This document shows, piece after piece, positions 39,709 to 48,613 of a DNA stretch of 64,000 bases; position 1 is the first letter of the stretch; each line of letters begins with the position of its first letter. This DNA is from Phycisphaerae bacterium (GTDB lineage: Bacteria > Planctomycetota > Phycisphaerae > UBA1845). The notes below the pieces were generated by a model, which worked only from the letters and a program-made list of their open reading frames with translations, was not told the DNA's origin and did not search any database. The stretch covers positions 1,536,001 through 1,600,000 of the forward strand of contig CAXXGO010000006.1 in assembly GCA_963666835.2 (NCBI GenBank), in the 5' to 3' direction. The translations under genes were made by a program, and so were the position numbers.

Positions 39709-40512
39709 ATGCCAGACGATATCGCCAATTTCCCACTTCGGGGCGCCAAGCGCAAGGAGTTGGCCCTCGCGTTGGGGCGATGCGCCAGCGAGTTCCTAGC
39801 CGCGCATGGCAGAGCGATGATTGTCGCGAACTTCCTCCAGGACGTGCGCGTTGAGAAGGCACGCGACGCCCTGGCCGAGCAGTTCCATCAGGACTTGGGC
39901 TTATGCAGGGATATGGGGCTTATCTTCGATACGCCTTCGAAGACGAAGAGCGACCGAGAGATCGCTCGCCTCTTGGTAGAACACGCCTACTCGACTGCAA
40001 ATGACGGCTGGAAGACTGCGGTCATGACAATGCTGCACGATGCGTTCAAGCGTTACCTCTGGCGCCTCGTTCGTTTCGGTTTGGTTGCGAGTCGGGAGAA
40101 AGCGATCTGCCTTCTCAAAGATGAGAATCGCAAGATCACGGAGAAGGACCTGCGCCGTGCCGGAAGCGCTGATGCTGCGCTCGATCTCCGTATCGAGAAG
40201 AAATGGAAGAAACTTGGGAAGTGCCCGCTGGAGAAGAGGTGGCAGGTACTGGAGGACTTAGTAGGCCTCCCGCAGAGGCTGTACAGTCCGCCTACCTGGC
40301 GCTTTGACATCGAGATGCTCACGCGATTCAACGAGGTACGGAACGACGCCGTCCACGGCCGTCCACAGGCTGTCAGGGACTACGACGTCGCGGCTTTTGC
40401 CCGTCAGCTTTGGCGTGCCCAGCTCGTCTGGATGGCTCACGTGGCGACACTGCTGCAAGTGAAGGTCCCTGGTGAAGTGCTCTATCTGGGAAGTGGAGCC
40501 CGCGAGACGTAG
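39709..40512 (+). CDS. hypothetical protein with HEPN-like RNx3H motif
   Basis: GGGGAG RBS; FNEVRNDAVHG; helical composition. Confidence 0.65.
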   Translation: MPDDIANFPLRGAKRKELALALGRCASEFLAAHGRAMIVANFLQDVRVEKARDALAEQFHQDLGLCRDMGLIFDTPSKTKSDREIARLLVEHAYSTANDGWKTAVMTMLHDAFKRYLWRLVRFGLVASREKAICLLKDENRKITEKDLRRAGSADAALDLRIEKKWKKLGKCPLEKRWQVLEDLVGLPQRLYSPPTWRFDIEMLTRFNEVRNDAVHGRPQAVRDYDVAAFARQLWRAQLVWMAHVATLLQVKVPGEVLYLGSGARET

Positions 40513-40531
40513 GCGGTGGGAGCCCCTGAGA

Positions 40532-40903
40532 ATGCCCAAAGGCAAAGCCAAGACGAAGACTCGCCGCCGCTGTAAGGCCGCTCACGGCTCTCAAAAGGAC
40601 CGACCCGACCCCCAGTACCCCCAAAACGCGGATACGTCGATTCCGGGCCGCAAGGACGCTTCCCGCGAGACCCGCGAGACCCGCGAGACCCGCGAGACCC
40701 GCGAGACCCACGGGCCCCAACGGCCGCCCGTTCGCGTGCCCCGCGGTGTGCCTCACCTGCGCCAGGTGCTGGGCCTTCCGGGCGAATCTTCCGTTGAGGA
40801 ACTCTGCGAAACCTCCGCCTCGGAACTGGAACACTTACGGTCGGAATTAGCACACCGCAAGAACCGCACCGCGCTACTCCACCGCCTCCGCCACGGGTTC
40901 TGA
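40532..40903 (+). CDS. basic hypothetical protein with RET repeats
   Basis: GGGAG upstream; contains a 9-bp tandem repeat; C-terminal LRQVLGLPGESSVEEL. Confidence 0.5.
   Translation: MPKGKAKTKTRRRCKAAHGSQKDRPDPQYPQNADTSIPGRKDASRETRETRETRETRETHGPQRPPVRVPRGVPHLRQVLGLPGESSVEELCETSASELEHLRSELAHRKNRTALLHRLRHGF
40662..40709. repeat. 9-bp tandem repeat (CCCGCGAGA x5)
   Basis: Read directly from the sequence. Confidence 0.95.
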
Positions 40904-41648
40904 AGATGGTCCAAACCCCAATCGAACCCGCTTCGACTCCCCCCCGAACACCCCCCAAACCCCGCCCACCGCTCCCCACCCCCAGCGCCCGCCTCCGGAC
41001 GGTGAACCTTGCCGATTCTCTTGCCGATTGCCGATTCCTCAGGTTCTGCGCTCGTGACGTAAGTCGTTTTCCGGCTCCCGGAAACCCGCTCGCCGCCGCC
41101 TCTCCGCTCCCGCGCCGAGCCCCCCGAAAAACCGCCCTCACACCCCCGAAACTTGCGCTTGCCCTTGCGCATTGCGCTTTCTTCAGGTTCTGCGCCCGCG
41201 ACGTAAGCCCCAGAATTCACAACGACTTACGAGTAAACGCAACGAGCGCAGAACCACTCTTATCCGCCCCCAACATCCTGCGCAGCGCAGAACTTGAAAT
41301 TCGCAAAAATCGCTCTAAGTCCTGACGCGACAAGTGTTTAGGAGCAAAGGCAACCTGCGCAGAACCTGGGTCTTACTCAGAGTCTTACAGGATCGGGGGC
41401 GAGAAACACGAGGCCGGGAACGAGGCGACCCCAACATGTCGCCATTCTGGGCTGCAGCGCGGGCTTCATCTGGTGTTCGCGCGGGCTTGGGACCTGCGGA
41501 TTAGGGTTGCGTTGTACGCCGTAAGGTCGTATAAAATCGCCTATCTGGGTATGATAGGGCGGACGAGGGCTTCAGGGCAGCCTCGTTTGATCCGATGCTC
41601 TAGTAAGGTAAACATGTCCTCTTACTTAGCTTCTGGGAGGTATCGGTC

Positions 41649-42725
41649 GTGGCAACATGTATGGCGCCTGAATCAGAATGTGATGTTATCGGTCTTCTCG
41701 GTGATCGGGGTTCGTCCCTCCTGGAACACAGGTGCGGCACGATTGATAAGTCTGCGCTAACGCTTCCCGGGCCGGATTTCGTGGATCGGGTGTTTGCCCT
41801 GACGGATCGGCCGATTCCCGTACTGCGAAACATGCAGGCCATCCTCAATACCGGGCGGCTGGCCGGGACTGGCTACATGTCAATCCTGCCGGTGGACCAG
41901 GGGATCGAACACACGGCCGGGGCCTCGTTTGCTCCGAACCCGATCTACTTCGACCCCGAGAACATCGTCAAGCTGGCCATCGAGGGCGGCTGCAACGCGG
42001 TCGCCTCGACGCTTGGTGTGCTGGGCAGCGTGGCCCGCAAGTATGCTCACAAGATCCCGTTCCTGCTCAAGATTAACCACAACGAGCTGCTGACCTACCC
42101 GAACACGTTCGATCAGATCATGTTCGCCGACGTTCGGCAGGCGGCCGACATGGGTTGTGCGGCCGTGGGAGCGACGATCTACTTCGGCTCGGAGGAGTCG
42201 AATCGGCAGATCCAGGAAGTCGCCGAGGCGTTCCATCTTGCGCATGAGCTGGGCATGGTAACGGTCCTGTGGTGTTATTTGAGGAACAGCGCGTTCAAGA
42301 AGGACGGCACCGATTATCACGTGGCCTCCGACCTTACGAACCAAGCCAACCACCTGGGGGTGACGATCGAGGCGGACATCATTAAGCAGAAGCAGCCGGA
42401 ATGCAACGGTGGCTTTACGGCGATCAACTTCGCGAAGACTAACAAGCTTGTTTACGACAAACTAACGACGGATAACCCCATTGACCTGACCCGCTACCAA
42501 CTGGCCGGGTGCTACATGGGGCGCATGGGCCTGATCAACTCGGGAGGTGCTTCTGGCGACAATGACTTCGGCGATGCGGTTGCGACTGCGGTCATCAACA
42601 AGCGTGCCGGCGGCATGGGGTTGATCTCGGGCCGCAAGGCGTTCCAGCGTCCGATGGCAGAGGGGGCGAAGCTGCTCAACCTTATACAGGATGTGTACTT
42701 AGATAAGTCCATCACGGTCGCCTAG
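41649..42725 (+). CDS. fbaB: class I fructose-bisphosphate aldolase
   Basis: [39 protein letters not shown]. Confidence 0.95.
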   Translation: MATCMAPESECDVIGLLGDRGSSLLEHRCGTIDKSALTLPGPDFVDRVFALTDRPIPVLRNMQAILNTGRLAGTGYMSILPVDQGIEHTAGASFAPNPIYFDPENIVKLAIEGGCNAVASTLGVLGSVARKYAHKIPFLLKINHNELLTYPNTFDQIMFADVRQAADMGCAAVGATIYFGSEESNRQIQEVAEAFHLAHELGMVTVLWCYLRNSAFKKDGTDYHVASDLTNQANHLGVTIEADIIKQKQPECNGGFTAINFAKTNKLVYDKLTTDNPIDLTRYQLAGCYMGRMGLINSGGASGDNDFGDAVATAVINKRAGGMGLISGRKAFQRPMAEGAKLLNLIQDVYLDKSITVA

Positions 42726-42855
42726 TTCGATCTTGCAGATGCCCCATGAACCCTGGGGCGGGCGGATTGGGTCAGCAGATTGCCTGCAGCAGTCCTTCGT
42801 CGTGTAGCGAACCAGGTGTTTGGTTACCGCGAAAGTAGGGCTAGCGGATAACACT

Positions 42856-42892
42856 CAAGGGGCCGGCGTTAGCGCGTCGGCCCCTTGTCTTT
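42856..42892 (+). terminator. probable terminator hairpin
   Basis: CAAGGGGCCGGCG / CGTCGGCCCCTTG followed by TCTTT. Confidence 0.6.
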
Positions 42893-43817
42893 GGCTTTTC
42901 AGCGTCACCCGGTCGGACCGAATCGTTAACGTATGTTCTGGTAGCGAGTTAGGCGCGGGAATGGCCGGGGGCCTGCTTGGGGTGTTTCGTCGAGGGGAGG
43001 TTATACTCGCAGGGAATTACGGACCGGAGCACTGTGGATTGAATATCCCCTCATTCCCAAAAGCGGGATTCCGGAGGGTTTCCGCTGGGAGGAGGGTGTC
43101 CCGTTATTTCGGACAGTCCGGCTCGGGCTTCGACCGCACAGAGGGTTCGAGGCATCAAGTGAGGAAACGCTCGTCGTGTAAGAATGGATAGTATACCCTA
43201 TTCCTCCCCCCGAGTCTGTGGGGTATATTGATAGAGGTTAGGTTTTCCCAACCAGTAGCCCAAAGCGTGCTCCTCTCTCCGGCCCGAACACTCTACGCTT
43301 TGGGCTCTTTTTCTGCGCACTCCGTGATAAGGGGCGACTTTGCGAGTGGGCAACTTTGGCAACGCCTTCTACTTGGTCCCACTCGTGATACTGGTTGGTC
43401 ACTTGATGCCGCCGGTTTCTTCCGCCAAAGCGGTGCCTGCTTGACTGCCTGGAGGCGTTGTCGCTGACCGGATCCGGCGCGGACTATTCAAGACGTTCGC
43501 GCAGATGCGCGTAACTTACGGTAGCGCAATCCCTTGTGGGTGGCTTCACAGTAACACAGCTCGGTTCCACGCCGGGGCCAAGCTCCGGCGCTGCATCGAT
43601 TTACGGGGTGCGGTTGTGCGATGCGGAATGCTCGGGTTCTGGTTTCGTTCAGTGCGCGGAGACGGGCAGTTTGCACAACATTGTTGGAGGGTGGTAGGCG
43701 TGTTGAAGATGGCGTGGGGCGGAGTATAATTCCGCGTCTGAAATGCCTCGCCCGTCGGGCAGGAGGCCCGTTTTCAGCCCTGGTCGAAGTTGAGGATACG
43801 GAAAAGGAGCGTTTGTA

Positions 43818-44288
43818 ATGGCTAGTGCCAATGAGGAGTTCTCCACCACTATCGGACAAGACGCGGTCTTCAAGGGGGAGCTTCGTTTTGAGAAAGGTCT
43901 GCAGTTGTTGGGCAGGATTGAGGGTGAGGTGACCAGCGACGGCAGCCTCGTGATCGGCGAGGGCGCCAAGCTCGTCGGTGATGCCAAGGCGGGAACAATA
44001 AGGCTTGATGGGGACGTTAAGGGCAATCTCAATGCCAATACGAAGGTGCAACTCTCAGCCAGCGCGCGGCTTGAAGGTGACTTGCAGACGGCACGGCTGG
44101 AAGTAGCCGAGGGGGCGGTATTGGTGGGAAGGTGTGCCATTGGTGTGAACGGTGCGTCGTCTTCGACGGCCTCGTCCGCCTCGGCGCCTAAGACGACGCC
44201 GTCTACGTCTACGTCAACTACGTCAACGTCGACGCCGGCACCCACACCGCCGGCGAAGGGCAAGGCGGACGAAGGTCGTCGGCGCTAG
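43818..44288 (+). CDS. bactofilin (polymer-forming cytoskeletal protein)
   Basis: TTIGQDAVFKGEL...LVIGEGA...ARLEGDL...LEVAEGAVLVG; AAGGAG RBS. Confidence 0.93.
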   Translation: MASANEEFSTTIGQDAVFKGELRFEKGLQLLGRIEGEVTSDGSLVIGEGAKLVGDAKAGTIRLDGDVKGNLNANTKVQLSASARLEGDLQTARLEVAEGAVLVGRCAIGVNGASSSTASSASAPKTTPSTSTSTTSTSTPAPTPPAKGKADEGRRR

Positions 44289-44521
44289 CGGTCTTTCGAA
44301 AGAGGGTTCAGGCACCTTGTCGAGGGTGCTTCCCGAGACCGTGAGCCGGTAACAACTCGGCACCAGTCCCCTCGCTTAGCGAGTTGCCGGGTCTCGGCGT
44401 GATGGTCGGGTGGCCAGCGGCGGGGGCCGCGGCGGGAACTCGGGGCGAGCCCGGACAGGCGCTTGTTCGTGATTCCTCGTGGCCGTCTGTGGTTGGCAGA
44501 TCGGCCTGCGGCGCGGGATCA

Positions 44522-44950
44522 ATGCCAAGAAAGCCGTTGATTACGACGAAACGTCCCACGGAAGTGCGGACGGTGATATGCACGCATTGCGGCGGCGTGT
44601 CCGAAGCGTCGGTGCGGGCCATGTCCATCGCCTGCCCGCACTGCCACAAGCGTGTCATATTGGAAAACTACAAAATCCGCAGCTATCACGCGGTTATCGA
44701 GTTCTCCACGTGTGGAGATATTGTGGTGGAAAGGAAGGGAATCGTCGTGGCCCCCATTAAGGTCGCCAACCTGACCGTCAAGGGAAAAGTGCAGGGGCCT
44801 GTAACCGCTCGCGGGCATGTCACGATTAGTAAGACCGGGCAGCTCAAAGGTGATGTCGAGGCCCCGGCCCTTTTCATTGAAGACGGCGGATCGCTCAACG
44901 GGTTCCTGCGTATCGGTCCGGCGGAGAGTATCGCGCGGCAAGGGGAATAG
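44522..44950 (+). CDS. zinc-ribbon bactofilin
   Basis: CTHC...CPHC followed by a bactofilin domain (GKVQG...GQLKGDVEAPALFIEDGG). Confidence 0.88.
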   Translation: MPRKPLITTKRPTEVRTVICTHCGGVSEASVRAMSIACPHCHKRVILENYKIRSYHAVIEFSTCGDIVVERKGIVVAPIKVANLTVKGKVQGPVTARGHVTISKTGQLKGDVEAPALFIEDGGSLNGFLRIGPAESIARQGE

Positions 44951-45037
44951 AGCACGGCGGGTTTGCCCCCGTGGTTCGATGCCGCTACGATCGTCCACTG
45001 GTTTCTTGATCTCGGCGTTGGTGGATGATTCCGAACC

Positions 45038-45949
45038 ATGGGAAGGCATTACGGCATATTCGATTCCTTCACGAGCGAGCGCTACGCGGGAAACCCGGCG
45101 GCGGTGGTGTACGATACGGAAGGTCTCGAAGAGGCCGAAATGCAGGCGATCGCCGCTGAGTTCAACCTGAGCGAAACGACGTTTGTCTTGCCGCCGCAGA
45201 ATCCCGGATCCACCGTGCGCTTTCGCTGGTTTACTCCCACCACGGAAGTGAGCATGTGCGGGCATGCTACGGTTGCCGGTGTTGTCGGTCTGGTGGGGTC
45301 GGGTCGTTGGAACCGCGCGGATGTCGCTGCCGCTCCGCCGATTATCGACACCCTGTCGGGCCCGTTAACGGCCTTTGTAGAAGGCGTTCCGGGCAAGCCT
45401 GACGACCTGATGATCTGGCTGGATATGCCCAAACCGCAGTTTGTCGAGCAGTCCATCGATCGGGAGAAGCTGGCGGACATGCTGGACCTGCCTTTAGACG
45501 CAATCGATCCGTCGGTGCCGATCGTGAGGACGCAGGACCAAGACCTGATTGTGCTGGTGAAGGATTTCATTGCTCTTAATGACGCCAAACCCGATTTCGG
45601 CCGGCTTGCCCGATGGCAGACCGGGGAAGGGATGCGCGGGCTCTCTCTGGCTACCGCCACGACGTTGTCATCGCTGATTAACCTCCAATCCCGCTTCTTC
45701 GCCCCGGCCGCCGGGATCAACGAGGACCCGGTGACCGGTAGTGTTCACGGACCCCTGGCGGTGTATGCCGTTATGCACGGCTTGGTGCCGGTCGAAGATG
45801 ATCTGGCCGGTTTGCAGTGTATCCAATCCAAGGCGGGAGGGCGCGCGGGGGTGGTTTATGCTCTGGTCCAACGCCAGGGAGATGGCAGTCACGAAGTACG
45901 CATCGGCGGCCAGGCGGTTGAAGTGATGTCCGGTACGCTGGTGTCGTAG
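45038..45949 (+). CDS. PhzF-family isomerase
   Basis: GNPAAVV, NLSETTF, RWFTPTTEVSMCGHAT, EDPVTGS. Confidence 0.93.
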   Translation: MGRHYGIFDSFTSERYAGNPAAVVYDTEGLEEAEMQAIAAEFNLSETTFVLPPQNPGSTVRFRWFTPTTEVSMCGHATVAGVVGLVGSGRWNRADVAAAPPIIDTLSGPLTAFVEGVPGKPDDLMIWLDMPKPQFVEQSIDREKLADMLDLPLDAIDPSVPIVRTQDQDLIVLVKDFIALNDAKPDFGRLARWQTGEGMRGLSLATATTLSSLINLQSRFFAPAAGINEDPVTGSVHGPLAVYAVMHGLVPVEDDLAGLQCIQSKAGGRAGVVYALVQRQGDGSHEVRIGGQAVEVMSGTLVS

Positions 45950-46008
45950 AAGGCGGTCGAGTGCTTCGCGCGCCGGCAGCCGGTGCTAACCCCCAGGTCG
46001 AGCTGACG

Positions 46009-46932
46009 ATGGCGCGGCGAGTCACAGCGATAGTCAATCCGGTTTCCGGTCGCCGCGAGATGCTCTCGGTCGTTCGGCGTATCGGGCAACTCGTTACCCG
46101 TGGCGGCGGGCGATTCGATACTCTCCAAACAGAGACGGCCGGGCACGCCGCGGTTCTGGCCGCGCAGCTACGTTCCGAGGTCGACGCGGTACTGGTCGTG
46201 GGAGGCGACGGAACGGTGGGGGAGGTCATCAACGGCCTGGCCGGACGGGCCATCCCGCTGGCGATCTTGCGGACCGGGACGGAGAACTTGTTGGCCCGCG
46301 AGCTGGGCATGCCGACGGACTCGGCGGGACTCGCCCGGTTGCTGCTTGAGGGAGAGACTCGCGCTTGTGATGTCGGGGTCGCTAACGGGAAGTCGTTTGC
46401 GGCGATGGTTGGGGTCGGGCTGGATGCCGAGTGTGTCTTGCGGATGACCGAGACTCGTTGCGGGCACATCGGTCGCACGGATTACTTCTGGCCGATCTGG
46501 CGCACATTTTGGACCCATCGATTCCCCCCGTTGGCGATTGAGGCTGACGGGGCGACAGTGTTTGAAGGGCGGGGCCTGGCGTTCGTCGGAAACATAAGCC
46601 GCTATGGGGGAGGCGTGCGGATCCTGCGGGATGCTCGGATCGACGACGGGTGGCTCGATTTGTGCGTGTTGCCCTGCTCGTCGCGCATTGTGTTGATCCC
46701 TCATCTTATCCGCGTGTACCTGCGGCGGCATGTATCGGCCGGCGGGACGATCTATCAGAAGTGCCGCCGCGTTCGGATAAGCTCGCCGGTTTGCGTACCG
46801 GTACAGGTGGACGGGGACGTGGGTGGGTTCCTCCCGGTGGAGTGCTCGGTGGCCGCGAAGCGGGTGCAGTTCCTTCGTCTTGCGTGCTCCGGGGATCTCG
46901 CGGATCATCGGGCGATCGGGTCCGCCGATTGA
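46009..46932 (+). CDS. diacylglycerol-kinase-family lipid kinase
   Basis: IVNPVSG, GGDGTVGEVING, GTENLLARELG, QVDGD. Confidence 0.92.
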   Translation: MARRVTAIVNPVSGRREMLSVVRRIGQLVTRGGGRFDTLQTETAGHAAVLAAQLRSEVDAVLVVGGDGTVGEVINGLAGRAIPLAILRTGTENLLARELGMPTDSAGLARLLLEGETRACDVGVANGKSFAAMVGVGLDAECVLRMTETRCGHIGRTDYFWPIWRTFWTHRFPPLAIEADGATVFEGRGLAFVGNISRYGGGVRILRDARIDDGWLDLCVLPCSSRIVLIPHLIRVYLRRHVSAGGTIYQKCRRVRISSPVCVPVQVDGDVGGFLPVECSVAAKRVQFLRLACSGDLADHRAIGSAD

Positions 46933-46996
46933 CGCGACGGATGCTAACCTCTGCTCCGGAGTGGACGCCGGGGCGTCACGACTGGAGATAGCTGAC

Positions 46997-47758
46997 TTGA
47001 CAACCGACCGACACTTTGTTTCCCGAGTATGGGTCGCCGAGGGGTGCATCGGTTGCGATGTGTGTACGACGCTCTGCTTCGATGTCTTCGTAATGGTCGA
47101 GGGGACGGCGCGGATTCGGGCGATTGCCCAGGATCCGACCTTCACGGCCTCACGCTCGGCGGAGATCTTCGAGGCGGCCGAAAAATGCCCGGCGGACGTA
47201 ATCAAGTTCGACACGGTCAAGGCTTCCCCCGGCGCGGCTGAGGAAGAGGCTACGGCGCTCCCGCGGCGCAGTTTCGTAAGCGGCACGGCTTTGACGGTTG
47301 GTTGGGTAATACTGGGCGGCGGGCTCGGCGTGGTTATGGCGCCCGCCGTAGGGCGGTATCTGGTGCCGAATGTCGTTGAAGAGCCGGACCCGCGCGTGCG
47401 GGTCGGTCGCCTGCAGCGTTATGCGGACATGGTGCCGGGAGACGTCGACGAGGAGTTCAAACCTTCCGGCGTGTGGATCATCCGAGAGAAAGGGCGTATC
47501 GCCGCCCTTAGCACCATCTGCACGCATCTGGGCTGCGTGCCGAATTGGAGCCCGAGAGATCGAGTGTTTAAGTGCCCTTGTCATGGCAGTGGGTATCGCG
47601 CAGACGGCGTCAACTTCGAGGGCCCGGCTCCGCGCCCTTTAGAGCGTTTCCGTCTGTTCATCGAGAACGGGACGGTGGTAGTGGACAAGAGCAAGGTGTA
47701 CCGTGGGGAACTCGGGCAATGGGATCTGCCGGGGAGCTATATTCCGGTGGAGAGTTGA
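46997..47758 (+). CDS. ferredoxin-fused Rieske 2Fe-2S subunit
   Basis: CIGCDVC...CP ferredoxin; RRSFV twin-Arg plus TM; CTHLGC and CPCHGS; TTG start inferred. Confidence 0.88.
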   Translation: MTTDRHFVSRVWVAEGCIGCDVCTTLCFDVFVMVEGTARIRAIAQDPTFTASRSAEIFEAAEKCPADVIKFDTVKASPGAAEEEATALPRRSFVSGTALTVGWVILGGGLGVVMAPAVGRYLVPNVVEEPDPRVRVGRLQRYADMVPGDVDEEFKPSGVWIIREKGRIAALSTICTHLGCVPNWSPRDRVFKCPCHGSGYRADGVNFEGPAPRPLERFRLFIENGTVVVDKSKVYRGELGQWDLPGSYIPVES

Positions 47759-47811
47759 CGGCGAGATGCCGGGTGCTGTGCGGCTTCTGCCAATGAGGTG
47801 ACTCCAAACCG

Positions 47812-48591
47812 ATGTTCAGGCGTCTGGGACGATGGTTGCGCACGGGGCAAGTGTGGAAGAGCATCTTTCGCCATCAAGCTCCGCGCGATCGTCGCACTCG
47901 AATGGCCACGATCGTCAGCAACATCTTCCTGCACATCCACCCGGTAGCCGTGCGTAAGGAGGGAATTCGGCCTTCTTTCACGTGGTGCATGGGGGGGCTC
48001 GCTTTCTTTCTCTTTCTGGTGGAGATCGCTACCGGCATACTCTTGATGTTTTACTATCGTCCGACGGTTGAGCATGCCTACGCGGATATTCAAGGCCTGC
48101 GCGCCCACGTGACGTTCGGCCTTCTGCGCGAGGTTCATCGGTGGGCCGGGCACGCGATGGTCATAACGGTTTGGCTGCACATGCTGCGGGTTTTTCTGAC
48201 CGGGAGCTACAAGCCGCCGCGAGAGTTCAACTGGTGCGTCGGGGTCATGCTGCTGGTCATGACCATGCTTCTGTCGTTCACCGGTTATCTTCTTCCGTGG
48301 GACCAGCTTGCCATGTGGGCGGTTACCGTCGGATCCAATATGGCGTCGGCGGCGCCACTGGTGGGAGCCGAAGGGCCGCTCTCGGGCATGGTGCAGGTCG
48401 GAGGCGAGCCGGTGGTACACTCCGGGGACGACATAAGGTTCGTGCTGTTGGGAGGAAGCTCGATCGGCCCGAGTACGTTGCTGCGATTCTACGTGTATCA
48501 CTGCGTACTGATTCCGGTGGCTACGGGCGTTCTTGTCGCCGTGCATTTCTGGAGGGTGCGCCGCGACGGAGGAATCAGCGGGCCCCTGTAG
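47812..48591 (+). CDS. cytochrome b6-like subunit (N-terminal half of cytochrome b)
   Basis: WCMGG, HRWAGHAMVITVWLH, YKPPREFNW, TGYLLPWDQ, GGISGPL. Confidence 0.93.
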   Translation: MFRRLGRWLRTGQVWKSIFRHQAPRDRRTRMATIVSNIFLHIHPVAVRKEGIRPSFTWCMGGLAFFLFLVEIATGILLMFYYRPTVEHAYADIQGLRAHVTFGLLREVHRWAGHAMVITVWLHMLRVFLTGSYKPPREFNWCVGVMLLVMTMLLSFTGYLLPWDQLAMWAVTVGSNMASAAPLVGAEGPLSGMVQVGGEPVVHSGDDIRFVLLGGSSIGPSTLLRFYVYHCVLIPVATGVLVAVHFWRVRRDGGISGPL

Positions 48592-48613
48592 GCTCGTACG
48601 GTACTTGCGCTGA

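Larger units (their letters stand above)
30703..41389. mobile_element. Mu-like phage-derived island (candidate satellite or decayed prophage)
   Basis: Imperfect terminal inverted repeats with reiterated GGTTCTGCGC; Mu-like protease and gpT genes; sits between the divergent SPFH and fbaB genes; exact ends uncertain by ~14 bp. Confidence 0.7.

Noticed and set aside
30703..41389. Complete inducible prophage or encapsulin operon
   Set aside because: No terminase, portal, lysis or replication genes recognised; the capsid is Mu gpT-type with a protease and mobile-element-like ends, with no encapsulin-type cargo enzyme
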